Source: Chloroflexota bacterium (lineage in GTDB: Bacteria; Chloroflexota; Dormibacteria; Dormibacterales; Dormibacteraceae). Taken from it: a stretch of DNA of 64,000 nucleotides. Below, in pieces: positions 8,808 through 17,032 of this stretch (the stretch's first letter is position 1; each line of letters opens with the position of its first letter). The notes under the pieces are model-generated. The model was not told the DNA's origin and did not search any database. It was given only the letters and a program-made list of their open reading frames with translations. Position numbers and translations under genes: made by a program. Where the stretch lies: contig VBFH01000036.1 in the NCBI GenBank assembly GCA_005883575.1, positions 2,523 to 66,522 of the forward strand, given 5' to 3'.

Positions 8808-8823
8808 CACGATAAGTCTCGCC

Positions 8824-9666
8824 GTGCAGGCGATAGATTTTCACGTCCACCTCCCCACTCCCGACTGGCTAGACGTGTCGATGAAGGGGTACGTGGAGGC
8901 GGCAGAGTCCTACTTCCGCTCCAAGGTCGCCCGCAAGACTCTGGAGGAGGTGGCGCGTGAGTACGAGTCAATGGACATCGTCGCCGTGCTTCTCGCTTGG
9001 GACGCGGAGACCGCGACAGGCAGGCCTCGCGTCCCCAACGACCTCGTCGCAGACGCGTGCCGCGAGTACCCGAACGCATTCATCGGTTTTGGCAGCGTCG
9101 ATCCGCTCAAGGGCGAGCGCGCCGTGGGGGAGCTGGATCGGATCGCAGAGCTGGGTTTGAAAGGCGTGAAGCTGCATCCCTCCCTACAGGCCTTCGCACC
9201 CAACGAAGAACAGCACTGGCCGCTGTATGAGAGGTGCCAGGATCTGGGCCTCATCACCCTGTTTCACACCGGCACAAGCGGCATCGGCGCTGGCCAACCC
9301 GGCGGCCAGGGGATCCGAATCGACTTCGCGCGCCCCATCTGGCTCGACGCGCCGGCGGCCGCATTCCCGGATCTGAAGATCATCGCCGCCCATTTTGGCT
9401 ACCCCTGGCACCTGGAGCTGCTGGCCATGGCCCTGCACAAGACGAACATCCACATCGACATCTCGGGCTGGGGCCCACGCTATATCCCCACCGAGGTGCT
9501 GCGAGACATGAAGGGCCGGCTGCAGGACCAGTTCCTTTTCGGCAGCGACTATCCCTTCATCCAGCCGCAGCGCTGCCTCGATGAGCTGAAGACGCTCGAC
9601 ATACCGCAGCCCGTGCTGCAGAAGCTGCTGATCGACAATGGCAAGCGGCTACTCGCGATTGCCTGA
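8824..9666 (+). CDS. Amidohydrolase-2 family metal-dependent hydrolase (TIM barrel)
   Basis: VQAIDFHVHLPTP... (HxH), ...KLHP..., ...AAHFGYPW..., ...FGSDYPF. The GTG at 8824 gives the canonical N-terminus. The ORF-track start at 8725 overlaps mobA. Confidence 0.8.
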   Translation: MQAIDFHVHLPTPDWLDVSMKGYVEAAESYFRSKVARKTLEEVAREYESMDIVAVLLAWDAETATGRPRVPNDLVADACREYPNAFIGFGSVDPLKGERAVGELDRIAELGLKGVKLHPSLQAFAPNEEQHWPLYERCQDLGLITLFHTGTSGIGAGQPGGQGIRIDFARPIWLDAPAAAFPDLKIIAAHFGYPWHLELLAMALHKTNIHIDISGWGPRYIPTEVLRDMKGRLQDQFLFGSDYPFIQPQRCLDELKTLDIPQPVLQKLLIDNGKRLLAIA

Positions 9667-9681
9667 CGTGTAAATCCCCAC

Positions 9682-10302
9682 TTGACACGGCCGGCGCGTG
9701 CGGCCGATCGTGCTTGCGTGTCCGCCGCGGCCGAGGTGCATCGCCGACTGCTGCTCGCCGAGTCGGACTTTCTCCTCGATGAGGTCGAGACGCTCCGTCT
9801 GAACGACCGGTCCGACGCGCCGCAGCCGTTACGAGAGGCGATCCGGGCGCTCCAGATCCGACTTGGGCGCCGCAATCCGCCCGTCGCGCCGGCCACGATC
9901 GATGCCGCGCAGGACCTGGTCTTCGCGGTCCAGCAGCGGTTGATGGCGCTGAATCCCAAAAACCCCCGTCCGAACCGTCATCTCGGGCGGCCGAGCGGTC
10001 AGCCGCTTATGACGTTGGTGCGGGAGGACCGAAAGTGGAAGGTGCTCACGCTGCCTCCACCCACCATGAGCGGAGAGGACGCCGATTGGGTCGAGCTGGT
10101 TGAGTCGACCGTCGAGCGCGCATGGGACCGCTGGTGCTACGCGCAGCAGCAGGCGGTGCGGGCCGCCCGCGTGCGCGTGAAGCCACACGTCGCGCTGGCG
10201 GTCGCGGAGACCGCCTGGTGCAACTACTGGACGCTCCTCCAGGAGGCCGAGCGGATCAAAGGGCCGCTTGCTGGAGGAACCCTCGCAGCTCGTCGGCCTT
10301 GA
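9682..10302 (+). CDS. Hypothetical protein
   Basis: Strong third-position GC bias in this frame and not in the overlapping minus-strand ORF. No recognisable domain. Start uncertain (TTG 9682 or a downstream GTG). Confidence 0.45.
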   Translation: MTRPARAADRACVSAAAEVHRRLLLAESDFLLDEVETLRLNDRSDAPQPLREAIRALQIRLGRRNPPVAPATIDAAQDLVFAVQQRLMALNPKNPRPNRHLGRPSGQPLMTLVREDRKWKVLTLPPPTMSGEDADWVELVESTVERAWDRWCYAQQQAVRAARVRVKPHVALAVAETAWCNYWTLLQEAERIKGPLAGGTLAARRP

Positions 10303-10471
10303 TCGGGGCGTCGGAGCCACGGACCCTCGCCGCGAACAGCTGCAGGAACCGGCGGAGTCCGACATCGTCCAGCATGGTCGCCGCCTCGATGATCTCGGCT
10401 GCCGCGTCGCGCTGACCGGGATCGAGAACCCGGTTCAGGGTGTCCGCGAAGTCGTCCGGCAGCTCATCCAT
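10256..10471 (-). CDS. Small acidic hypothetical protein (about 71 aa)
   Basis: High GC3 in frame. ATG at 10471 (MDELPDDFADTL...). Divergent from the acyl-CoA synthetase gene. Confidence 0.4.
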   Translation of the reverse strand: MDELPDDFADTLNRVLDPGQRDAAAEIIEAATMLDDVGLRRFLQLFAARVRGSDAPIKADELRGFLQQAAL

Positions 10472-10491
10472 CGACTGAGACAATAGACACC

Positions 10492-12447
10492 GTGCAGCCA
10501 GTGGTGATCGGGGACGTGATCTGGGAACCGAGCCCAGAGGTAATCGAACGCAGCCGGCTCAAGCGGTTCATGGACCGCCACGGGATCGAAACGTTCGACG
10601 AGCTTCTGCATCGCGCCGACGACGACATCGAATGGTTCTGGGACGCCGCGATCAAAGACCTCGACATCGCCTTCTATCGCGAGTACGACAAGGTGGTCGA
10701 CCTCTCGCAGGGCAAGCCCTGGGCGAGGTGGTGGGTCGGCGCTCGGATGAACATCGTCCAGAGCTGCCTCGACCGCCACCGTGACGGCGAGTTTCGCGAC
10801 AAGACCGCGATCATCTGGGAAGGAGAGCCGGGCGAGGTTCGCCGCCTCAGCTACGGCGAACTAGACCGGCAGGTCTCGCGACTCGCGGGGGCGCTGCGGC
10901 GGCTTGGCGTGAGGCAGAACGATCGCATCGGGATCTTCATGCCGATGTGTCCCGAAGTCGCCGTCTCGGTGCTTGCCGCGGCCAAGATCGGCGCGGTGAT
11001 CATCCCGCTGTTCTCGGGCTACGGCCCGGAGGCAATCGCGACGCGGCTGCGAGACGGCGAAGCCAAAGTTCTCATCTGCGCCGACGGTTTCTACCGTCGC
11101 GGCCAGGTCGTCGCGATGAAGGAGACCGTCGACCGCGCGCTCGTGAGCTGTCCGACCGTGAAAAAAGTCATCGTCCATCGGCGCGTCGTGCGCGAGATTC
11201 CCTGGACGCACGGACGCGACGCTGTGTGGGAGGTTCTGCTCGAGGACCAGACAGACCGCGCGCAGACCGAAGAGCTCGACCCCGAAGACCCGCTGATGAT
11301 CATCTACACCTCCGGCACGACCGGCAAACCGAAAGGAACGCTTCACGTGCACGGCGGCTTTCCGGTCAAGGCCGCGCAGGACATGGCTCACTGCTTCGAC
11401 GTCGGTCCCGAAGACATCGTGTTCTGGTACACGGACCTCGGCTGGATGATGGGTCCTTGGCTCATCTTCGGGACCCTCGCGCTCGGCGCGACGATGATGC
11501 TTTACGAAGGCACACCCGACCATCCGGCGGCGAACCGGCTGTGGCGGATGATCGAGCAGCACAAGGTCACCGTGCTCGGCGTGTCACCAACATTGGTTCG
11601 TAGCTTGATGACGCATGGCGACGAGGTGCCCGCCCATCACGATCTGACCAGCTTGCGCATCCTCGGGGGAACGGGCGAACCCTGGAATCCCGAGCCCTTC
11701 CACTGGTACTTCAAGCACATCGGCGGCGGCCGGTTGCCGGTCATCAACTACACCGGCGGCACCGAGATCGCGGGCGGCATTCTGTGCGGCAACGTTCTCA
11801 CGCACCTGCGTCCATGCTCGTTCGCAGGTCCGGTGCCCGGCATGGCCGCGGACGTGCTCGACGGGGACGGACGGCCAGTGCGAGGTGAGGTCGGCGAGCT
11901 GGCGATCCGCAACCCATGGCCCGGCATGACGCGAGGCTTTTGGGGCGACAAGGACCGCTACATCGAAACGTACTGGAGCCGATTCGACAACCTTTGGGTG
12001 CACGGCGATTGGGCCTACGTCGACCCCGAGGACGGCCTCTGGTACGTGCTCGGCCGGTCCGACGACACGATCAAGATCGCGGGCAAGCGCCTCGGGCCGG
12101 CCGAGGTCGAATCGGTGCTCGTCGGTCACGCGGCGGTCGCTGAGGCGGCGGCCATCGGTGTGCCTGACGAGCTCAAGGGCGAGGCCCTTGTCTGCTTTGT
12201 CATCCTGCGACCGCAGCACGCGCCGAGCGACGCGCTCGCGCATGAGCTGCAGGACCTGGTCGCCGGCGCGCTGGGCAAGCCGCTCCGTCCCCAAGCGGTG
12301 CATTTCGTGGGCGACCTGCCGCGCACGCGGAACGCCAAGATCCTGCGCCGGGTGGTCAGGTCGGTCTACACGGGCAAGGACCCAGGCGACCTGTCTTCGT
12401 TGGAGAACCCCAGCGCTCTCGCCGCGATCGGCGCGACTAGAAGCTGA
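10492..12447 (+). CDS. AMP-forming acetyl/acyl-CoA synthetase family ligase
   Basis: 651 aa. Carries CLDRH, the YTSGTTGKPKG AMP-binding motif, YTGGTE, GDWAY.D.DG, and the C-terminal PRTRNAKILRR. Confidence 0.9.
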   Translation: MQPVVIGDVIWEPSPEVIERSRLKRFMDRHGIETFDELLHRADDDIEWFWDAAIKDLDIAFYREYDKVVDLSQGKPWARWWVGARMNIVQSCLDRHRDGEFRDKTAIIWEGEPGEVRRLSYGELDRQVSRLAGALRRLGVRQNDRIGIFMPMCPEVAVSVLAAAKIGAVIIPLFSGYGPEAIATRLRDGEAKVLICADGFYRRGQVVAMKETVDRALVSCPTVKKVIVHRRVVREIPWTHGRDAVWEVLLEDQTDRAQTEELDPEDPLMIIYTSGTTGKPKGTLHVHGGFPVKAAQDMAHCFDVGPEDIVFWYTDLGWMMGPWLIFGTLALGATMMLYEGTPDHPAANRLWRMIEQHKVTVLGVSPTLVRSLMTHGDEVPAHHDLTSLRILGGTGEPWNPEPFHWYFKHIGGGRLPVINYTGGTEIAGGILCGNVLTHLRPCSFAGPVPGMAADVLDGDGRPVRGEVGELAIRNPWPGMTRGFWGDKDRYIETYWSRFDNLWVHGDWAYVDPEDGLWYVLGRSDDTIKIAGKRLGPAEVESVLVGHAAVAEAAAIGVPDELKGEALVCFVILRPQHAPSDALAHELQDLVAGALGKPLRPQAVHFVGDLPRTRNAKILRRVVRSVYTGKDPGDLSSLENPSALAAIGATRS

Positions 12448-12799
12448 GGACTTTATCGGCCTCCATCGTCAGCCGCACGAGATCGGGCGGTCCGATGTAC
12501 TTCGCGTTCGGTGTCAGCATCTCCGGCAAGACCCCACGGGCCTCGGCGCAGCCTTTTCAAACGTAGACGCGAACGCCCTGGTCGAGACATTTGTCAAGCA
12601 GCTCGCGAAGCGGTGGGACGCCCAGGCCGACTACCTTGGCGATGACGTCGGGCTTGACGAGCTCCGCGGCGTCTCCCGCCAGGGCGATCGCCACCTCCGT
12701 CCCAGCCGGCTTCGCTCCGTTGACCGCGATGTGGAACGGCACGCTCGCGCGAGTCGGATCGTCCGGTCCGGCCGCGGCGACGATCAAAAGGCCTGGCAT
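12437..12799 (-). CDS. DsrE/COG2044 (peroxiredoxin-like) family protein with an in-frame TGA at 12557-12559. Candidate selenoprotein (UxxC).
   Basis: MPGLLIVAAAGPDDPTRASVPFHIA...GVRVYV-[TGA]-KGCAEARGVLPEMLTPNAKYIGPPDLVRLTMEADKVLSF-TAG. Coding-like sequence continues in frame for 39 codons after the TGA. Homologues as I recall them have IYVCGPCAKARGI at this position. Confidence 0.6.
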
Positions 12800-12833
12800 G
12801 CGCCACAAGTATGGTCGATGACGGCGTGACGAC

Positions 12834-14024
12834 TTGAGGCTTACGCGCGCCGACTGGCTGCGCCTGCTGCTGCTGTGGCTGGGTGGCATCGACCTGCGGC
12901 TGACGATGCTCGCCGTTCCCCCGCTCGTGCCACTGATCCACAGGGAGCTGCATCTCGACGAGAAATCGGTCGGCGCGCTGGTTTCGGGCCCTGTGCTGCT
13001 GCTTGCGATTGCCGCCGTGCCCGGATCGCTTCTGATCGCCAAGCTCGGGATCCGCGGAGCGTTGATCGCGGGCCTGGGTTCAGTCGCTGTTTTCGGCGCG
13101 CTTCGCGGTTACGGACCAAGCTTGCCGGTGCTGTTTTCGGCGACGTTCCTCATGGGCGTCGGGGTGGCGGTCACGCAGCCCGCCCTCCCCTCCTTGGTGC
13201 GCGAGTGGTTTCCGCGCCGAATCGCGATCGCGACCGCCGTCTACAGCAACGGCATCTTGATCGGGGAAACGCTGCCAACCGCGCTCACGACGCCGGTGGG
13301 TGCGCTGCCGCTGGCCCATGGCGACTGGCGGTGGGCGCTCGCCTCCTGGTCGGTGATCGTCCTGCTCAGCGCGATCGCGATCGGACTCGTGGCACCTGTC
13401 CGGGCGGCCGGGGTATCGCTACGTGCGCAGTGGTGGCCCGACTGGCGCCGCCACCAGGCGGCGCGCATCGGCCTGGTCATGGGCATGGCCTCGGCGACCT
13501 ACTTCGGCGCCAACGCCTACATCCCCGACTTTCTCGAGCAGACCGGGCGGCACGACCTCATCTCCCCCACGCTCGCGGTGCTCAACGGCTCGCAGCTGCT
13601 GACCGCGCCGGCGGTGGCCCTGTGGCCCAATCTCCTTACCGGCCGCGGAGGTTTCATCGGTTCGGCGGCGCTGATGGCGATCGCCCAGACGGGCATCGTC
13701 TTCACGCCGGGTTTGGGCGTCGTGCCGTGGGCGTTCGTGCTTGGTTTCGCAACCGCGCTCGCGTTCGTGGTCGTCTTGAGCCTGCCTCCACGGGTGGCTC
13801 GCGCCGGCGAAGTCGCTTCGATGAGCGCGGCGATCTTCACGATTCAGTACGCGACCGCGTTGGTCGTGCCCCTGATCGCCGGCGCCCTGTGGGACGCGAC
13901 TGGTCAGGCGGGGTTCGCTTTCGTACCTGGGGTTGCCGCGGGTGTGGCGATGGCCTGGGGTGCGATGTCGCTTCGCATCCCATCGAGGGGGGAACTCCCC
14001 CCTGCTGCGCCGGGCCCGGCGTAG
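12834..14024 (+). CDS. MFS transporter (CynX/NimT-like)
   Basis: 396 aa with about 12 predicted hydrophobic helices. The N-terminal region LWLGGIDLRLTMLAVPPLVPLI resembles cyanate-permease-type MFS. Confidence 0.8.
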   Translation: MRLTRADWLRLLLLWLGGIDLRLTMLAVPPLVPLIHRELHLDEKSVGALVSGPVLLLAIAAVPGSLLIAKLGIRGALIAGLGSVAVFGALRGYGPSLPVLFSATFLMGVGVAVTQPALPSLVREWFPRRIAIATAVYSNGILIGETLPTALTTPVGALPLAHGDWRWALASWSVIVLLSAIAIGLVAPVRAAGVSLRAQWWPDWRRHQAARIGLVMGMASATYFGANAYIPDFLEQTGRHDLISPTLAVLNGSQLLTAPAVALWPNLLTGRGGFIGSAALMAIAQTGIVFTPGLGVVPWAFVLGFATALAFVVVLSLPPRVARAGEVASMSAAIFTIQYATALVVPLIAGALWDATGQAGFAFVPGVAAGVAMAWGAMSLRIPSRGELPPAAPGPA

Positions 14025-14064
14025 CCGGTTCCCGGCGGACCCCCCTGGGCCGCGTCCCTTCCGG

Positions 14065-15744
14065 CTACGGAAACTGCCCGACTTTGTAGTCGCCGATGAT
14101 CTCGTTGGCCGCTCGCGCGCCTTCCGAAGCGCCACCCTCCATGTAGCCCTGGAAGTCCTGCGAGCAGTGCTCGCCTGCGAAGTGGCACTTGCCCGTGGCA
14201 GGATCGGGCTGCCGAACCTTCTCGTAGCCGCTGAACTGTGTGTACTGCCCGACCTTCCAGTACGAATACGAGCCAAGCAAGAACGGATTGCTCAGCGGCA
14301 CATCGAGCGTGGCACGTCCGTTCCACTGTTGGGTGATCCCTGGGAAGAGCGGCTCGATCTGGGACAGGAACGTCTTGGCGAATTTGGCCACGTGCGAGAC
14401 GTTCGTCGGATCACCGCTGAATGACGCCAGGGGCACGCCACCGCCTGTGTAGTCGACAAGGATGCCGGTCGTTCCATCCTGCGCACGGGTGACATCCCAC
14501 GTGTTCTGGAAGCCGGTATCCGAGTAGGTGCTGCCGTTGCCGATTCCCCACGGCCCTGAGGTGTTCCAGTAGCGACTGTTGAACTGCAGCTGGAGCTTGG
14601 CGTTCTTGCCGTAGCCGAGCTGCGTGATCGCCATCTGCTTGAGCGAGTCAAAGCCCGCCGTCTGGTAATCGAGATCCGAGCTCAGGATGGTGCGCAAGAT
14701 GGAGAACGGGATCGCCATGATCACGCGGTCGACGGTCTTCGTCGTCGTCGTGCTTCCGGTCTTCAGGCTCAAGGTGTAGGTGTTGGTGTTGGCGTTGGGG
14801 TCTGAGTTGTGGGTAATCCCGGTCAAGGCCGTGTTGAGCTGCACCGTGCCCGGTGCGAGGGCGGCCGCGATCGCCTGCGGGAGACGCTCGTTGCCGCCCG
14901 CGATGTGGTAGCGCTCGTCCGACGCGCCGAAGATCTGGAAGTTGCCGGGGTTGGATGAGAATCCAAGCAGGTAGATCAGGTTCAGCGAGCTCTGTTCCTG
15001 GGTAACGTTGCCGTACTCGATGTTGTAGGCGATATCGAGCAGCTGGCCCATCGGGCTGGTGTGCCCGCCCGGGACTCGACTCTCGATCCAGTCGTAGATG
15101 CTCATGTGGTCGAGCACGCGACCGGCGTCCGTGAAGTTGTTGTACAGCGTGGGGTAGCTCGCGGCGTTGACGTCTTTCTTGACGTTGTTCCAGACGGGGT
15201 TGAAGTCGGCCTGCGCCTGCACGTCCGTGTAGTAATGCCCGAAGAAGTAGTCCGTGTCCGTGGAGTGGATCGGCTCGGCGCCGAGCAGGTCGACAGTCGG
15301 CAGCTTGAACCGGCTCGCGAGGCCGAGGATCGTCTTGTGGCCGCTGTCGATCAGCTCGCCGCAGTGCTCGCTGGTCTGCCCGTTGAGCCACGACGTGGTG
15401 TCGGAGTGCATCCGGCCGCCAACCCGGTTCGATGCTTCGTACACGGTTGATGCGATGCCTGCGTCCTGAAGGGTCAGGGCGGCGTTCAGGCCCGCGATGC
15501 CGCCGCCGATGATCGCGATCTGTCCCTGGTTTCCGGCGGGCTTGCCGACCGCGAGCGCGGCTATCGGCCCCGCAAATGCCGCCGCACCCACCGTGGCACC
15601 AGTCACCTTCAGGAAGTCGCGGCGCGTCAGCCGTGCCTTCCGGCGCTCCTCCCGGATTGCAGCGACCGTACGCCCCGAGCGCTCCGCCTCTTCGAAGTCG
15701 CCGAACAGTGTTTGGAAGCGTCTCAGAAGCGGACTACGTGACAT
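14065..15744 (-). CDS. Secreted (Tat) FAD-dependent amine oxidase family protein
   Basis: Twin-arginine signal LTRRDFLKVTGATVGAAAFA. Dinucleotide fold IAIIGGGIAGLNAAL. Flavin amine-oxidase-like C-terminus (FAGEH...GYMEGG). GGAAGGAGG Shine-Dalgarno upstream. Confidence 0.85.
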   Translation of the reverse strand: MSRSPLLRRFQTLFGDFEEAERSGRTVAAIREERRKARLTRRDFLKVTGATVGAAAFAGPIAALAVGKPAGNQGQIAIIGGGIAGLNAALTLQDAGIASTVYEASNRVGGRMHSDTTSWLNGQTSEHCGELIDSGHKTILGLASRFKLPTVDLLGAEPIHSTDTDYFFGHYYTDVQAQADFNPVWNNVKKDVNAASYPTLYNNFTDAGRVLDHMSIYDWIESRVPGGHTSPMGQLLDIAYNIEYGNVTQEQSSLNLIYLLGFSSNPGNFQIFGASDERYHIAGGNERLPQAIAAALAPGTVQLNTALTGITHNSDPNANTNTYTLSLKTGSTTTTKTVDRVIMAIPFSILRTILSSDLDYQTAGFDSLKQMAITQLGYGKNAKLQLQFNSRYWNTSGPWGIGNGSTYSDTGFQNTWDVTRAQDGTTGILVDYTGGGVPLASFSGDPTNVSHVAKFAKTFLSQIEPLFPGITQQWNGRATLDVPLSNPFLLGSYSYWKVGQYTQFSGYEKVRQPDPATGKCHFAGEHCSQDFQGYMEGGASEGARAANEIIGDYKVGQFP

Positions 15745-15819
15745 TGATACACCCTCCTTCCAGGAAAACAGAGCCCACAGTCTATGGGCCTACGGTGCCC
15801 GGACGCTTCAAATTAACGC

Positions 15820-16311
15820 CTACATATCGAGGCCGGGTCGGCCGTGCATGCCCAGGGTGAGCGAGATCTCGCCCCCGTGATGAACGTCATGCTCGGCAAC
15901 ATGCCAGATGATGTAGCGGCGGTCCCGCCACGGCCGCTCGCCGGCGGCGTTAGGCCGGGGCCTCTGGAACCTCTCGTTCAGATCGTCCGCTGTCCACTTT
16001 TCGAGACAGCGGCGCACGTCCGCCCAGGACTTCTCGAGCGCGACGCAGATCTCATCGGCCCCGCGCGTGGCGGAACCTTCGTCTTCGTCGAAGTCGCTTA
16101 GGCGGTGCAGCTCTTGGTCCCCCTCGCCCATCCAGCGGCTGAACCACCATGCCCGTGCGGCCACGATGTGACAGGCGAGCATGCGGATCGGCCAGAGGCC
16201 TTCCCCGGCCGACAGTGCAAGGTCCTCGTCGCGTAAGTGCGAGGTCGTCCTGACGAGGAGCTTGTTGTGATCCTCCCAGCCGGCGAAGAAGTCGATGACC
16301 CGGGTTGCCAT
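15820..16311 (-). CDS. DinB-family protein
   Basis: Four-helix DinB_2-like pattern with HIV..R.WW and HVAEHDVHHGGEIS metal-binding histidines. The ATG at 16311 fits better than the ORF-track start at 16563. Confidence 0.8.
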   Translation of the reverse strand: MATRVIDFFAGWEDHNKLLVRTTSHLRDEDLALSAGEGLWPIRMLACHIVAARAWWFSRWMGEGDQELHRLSDFDEDEGSATRGADEICVALEKSWADVRRCLEKWTADDLNERFQRPRPNAAGERPWRDRRYIIWHVAEHDVHHGGEISLTLGMHGRPGLDM

Positions 16312-16316
16312 GGCGC

Positions 16317-16874
16317 CTATCTTCGCTTGAGGTGGTACCAGCGGCCGGGGAAACGGTCGGGTTGCTCTCCACCCCACGCGCGGACGATGTCCCAGCTCGC
16401 ACCGAATAGGTGCTCTAGCTCGTCCTGGGTGATCCTGGCGTTGGTGACGAAGTTGGGCTTCGCGTAAAAACCCCAGACGAGGAAGTCGGCGCCGGGAAGC
16501 GTGGCTCTGTTCACGCCGGCGGCGTATGCGTCGCGGCGTGCCTGTGGAATCGCGTGCAGGCAACCCAGGTCGAAGACGAGGCTGTAGCCGTCGCCGACGC
16601 CCAGCTCCTCGAGCCGTGTCACGTCACCGAGGATGAGGCGGGGTGACACCTTTGCCGCGGCGGCCCTCGCCTTCGCCTTCGTGATTGCCCTGGGAACGAA
16701 GTCGATCGCGGTCACGTCCCAGCCGTGCTGGGTCATGAACACGGCGTTGGTGCCGGTGCCGCAGCCGAGGTCGAGGGCTTTGCCGGGTGTTCGGGCTTGG
16801 GGTCCTTCGATGAGCTCTTTGAGCTCGGGGGGCGGCACGCCGGAATCCCACGGCGTGAACCCGAACCGATACAT
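16317..16874 (-). CDS. Class I SAM-dependent methyltransferase (TPMT/TehB-like)
   Basis: Motif I ALDLGCGTGTNAVFM, then DVTAIDF. ATG at 16874, with GTG at 16895 as an alternative. The ORF-track N-terminus runs through the tRNA and is not credible. Confidence 0.8.
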   Translation of the reverse strand: MYRFGFTPWDSGVPPPELKELIEGPQARTPGKALDLGCGTGTNAVFMTQHGWDVTAIDFVPRAITKAKARAAAAKVSPRLILGDVTRLEELGVGDGYSLVFDLGCLHAIPQARRDAYAAGVNRATLPGADFLVWGFYAKPNFVTNARITQDELEHLFGASWDIVRAWGGEQPDRFPGRWYHLKRR

Positions 16875-16939
16875 GGCGCGAAAGATGAGGCTCACCGGTC
16901 GGTCGAGATTAGCTCGCCGCTTGCCTGTGCTGAAACTGT

Positions 16940-17015
16940 TGGAGCGGGCGACCGGCCTCGAACCGGCTACCTCAACCTTGGGAAGGTTGCGCTCTACCAG
17001 GTGAGCTACGCCCGC
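16940..17015 (-). tRNA. tRNA-Gly (anticodon CCC), CCA encoded
   Basis: The reverse complement folds as a cloverleaf: acceptor GCGGGCG/CGCCCGC, D arm GCTC..GAGC, anticodon stem CAACC/GGTTG with loop TTCCCAA, T arm GCCGG-TTCGAGG-CCGGT, and 3' TCCA. Confidence 0.9.
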
Positions 17016-17032
17016 TCGGCAGAGATTCGATT

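Noticed and set aside
12557-12559. Genome-wide reassignment of TGA to a sense codon (Trp/Gly) as the explanation for the in-frame TGA.
   Set aside because: TGA clearly functions as a stop in many well-defined genes here, including the numerous ATGA/GTGA stop-start overlaps.
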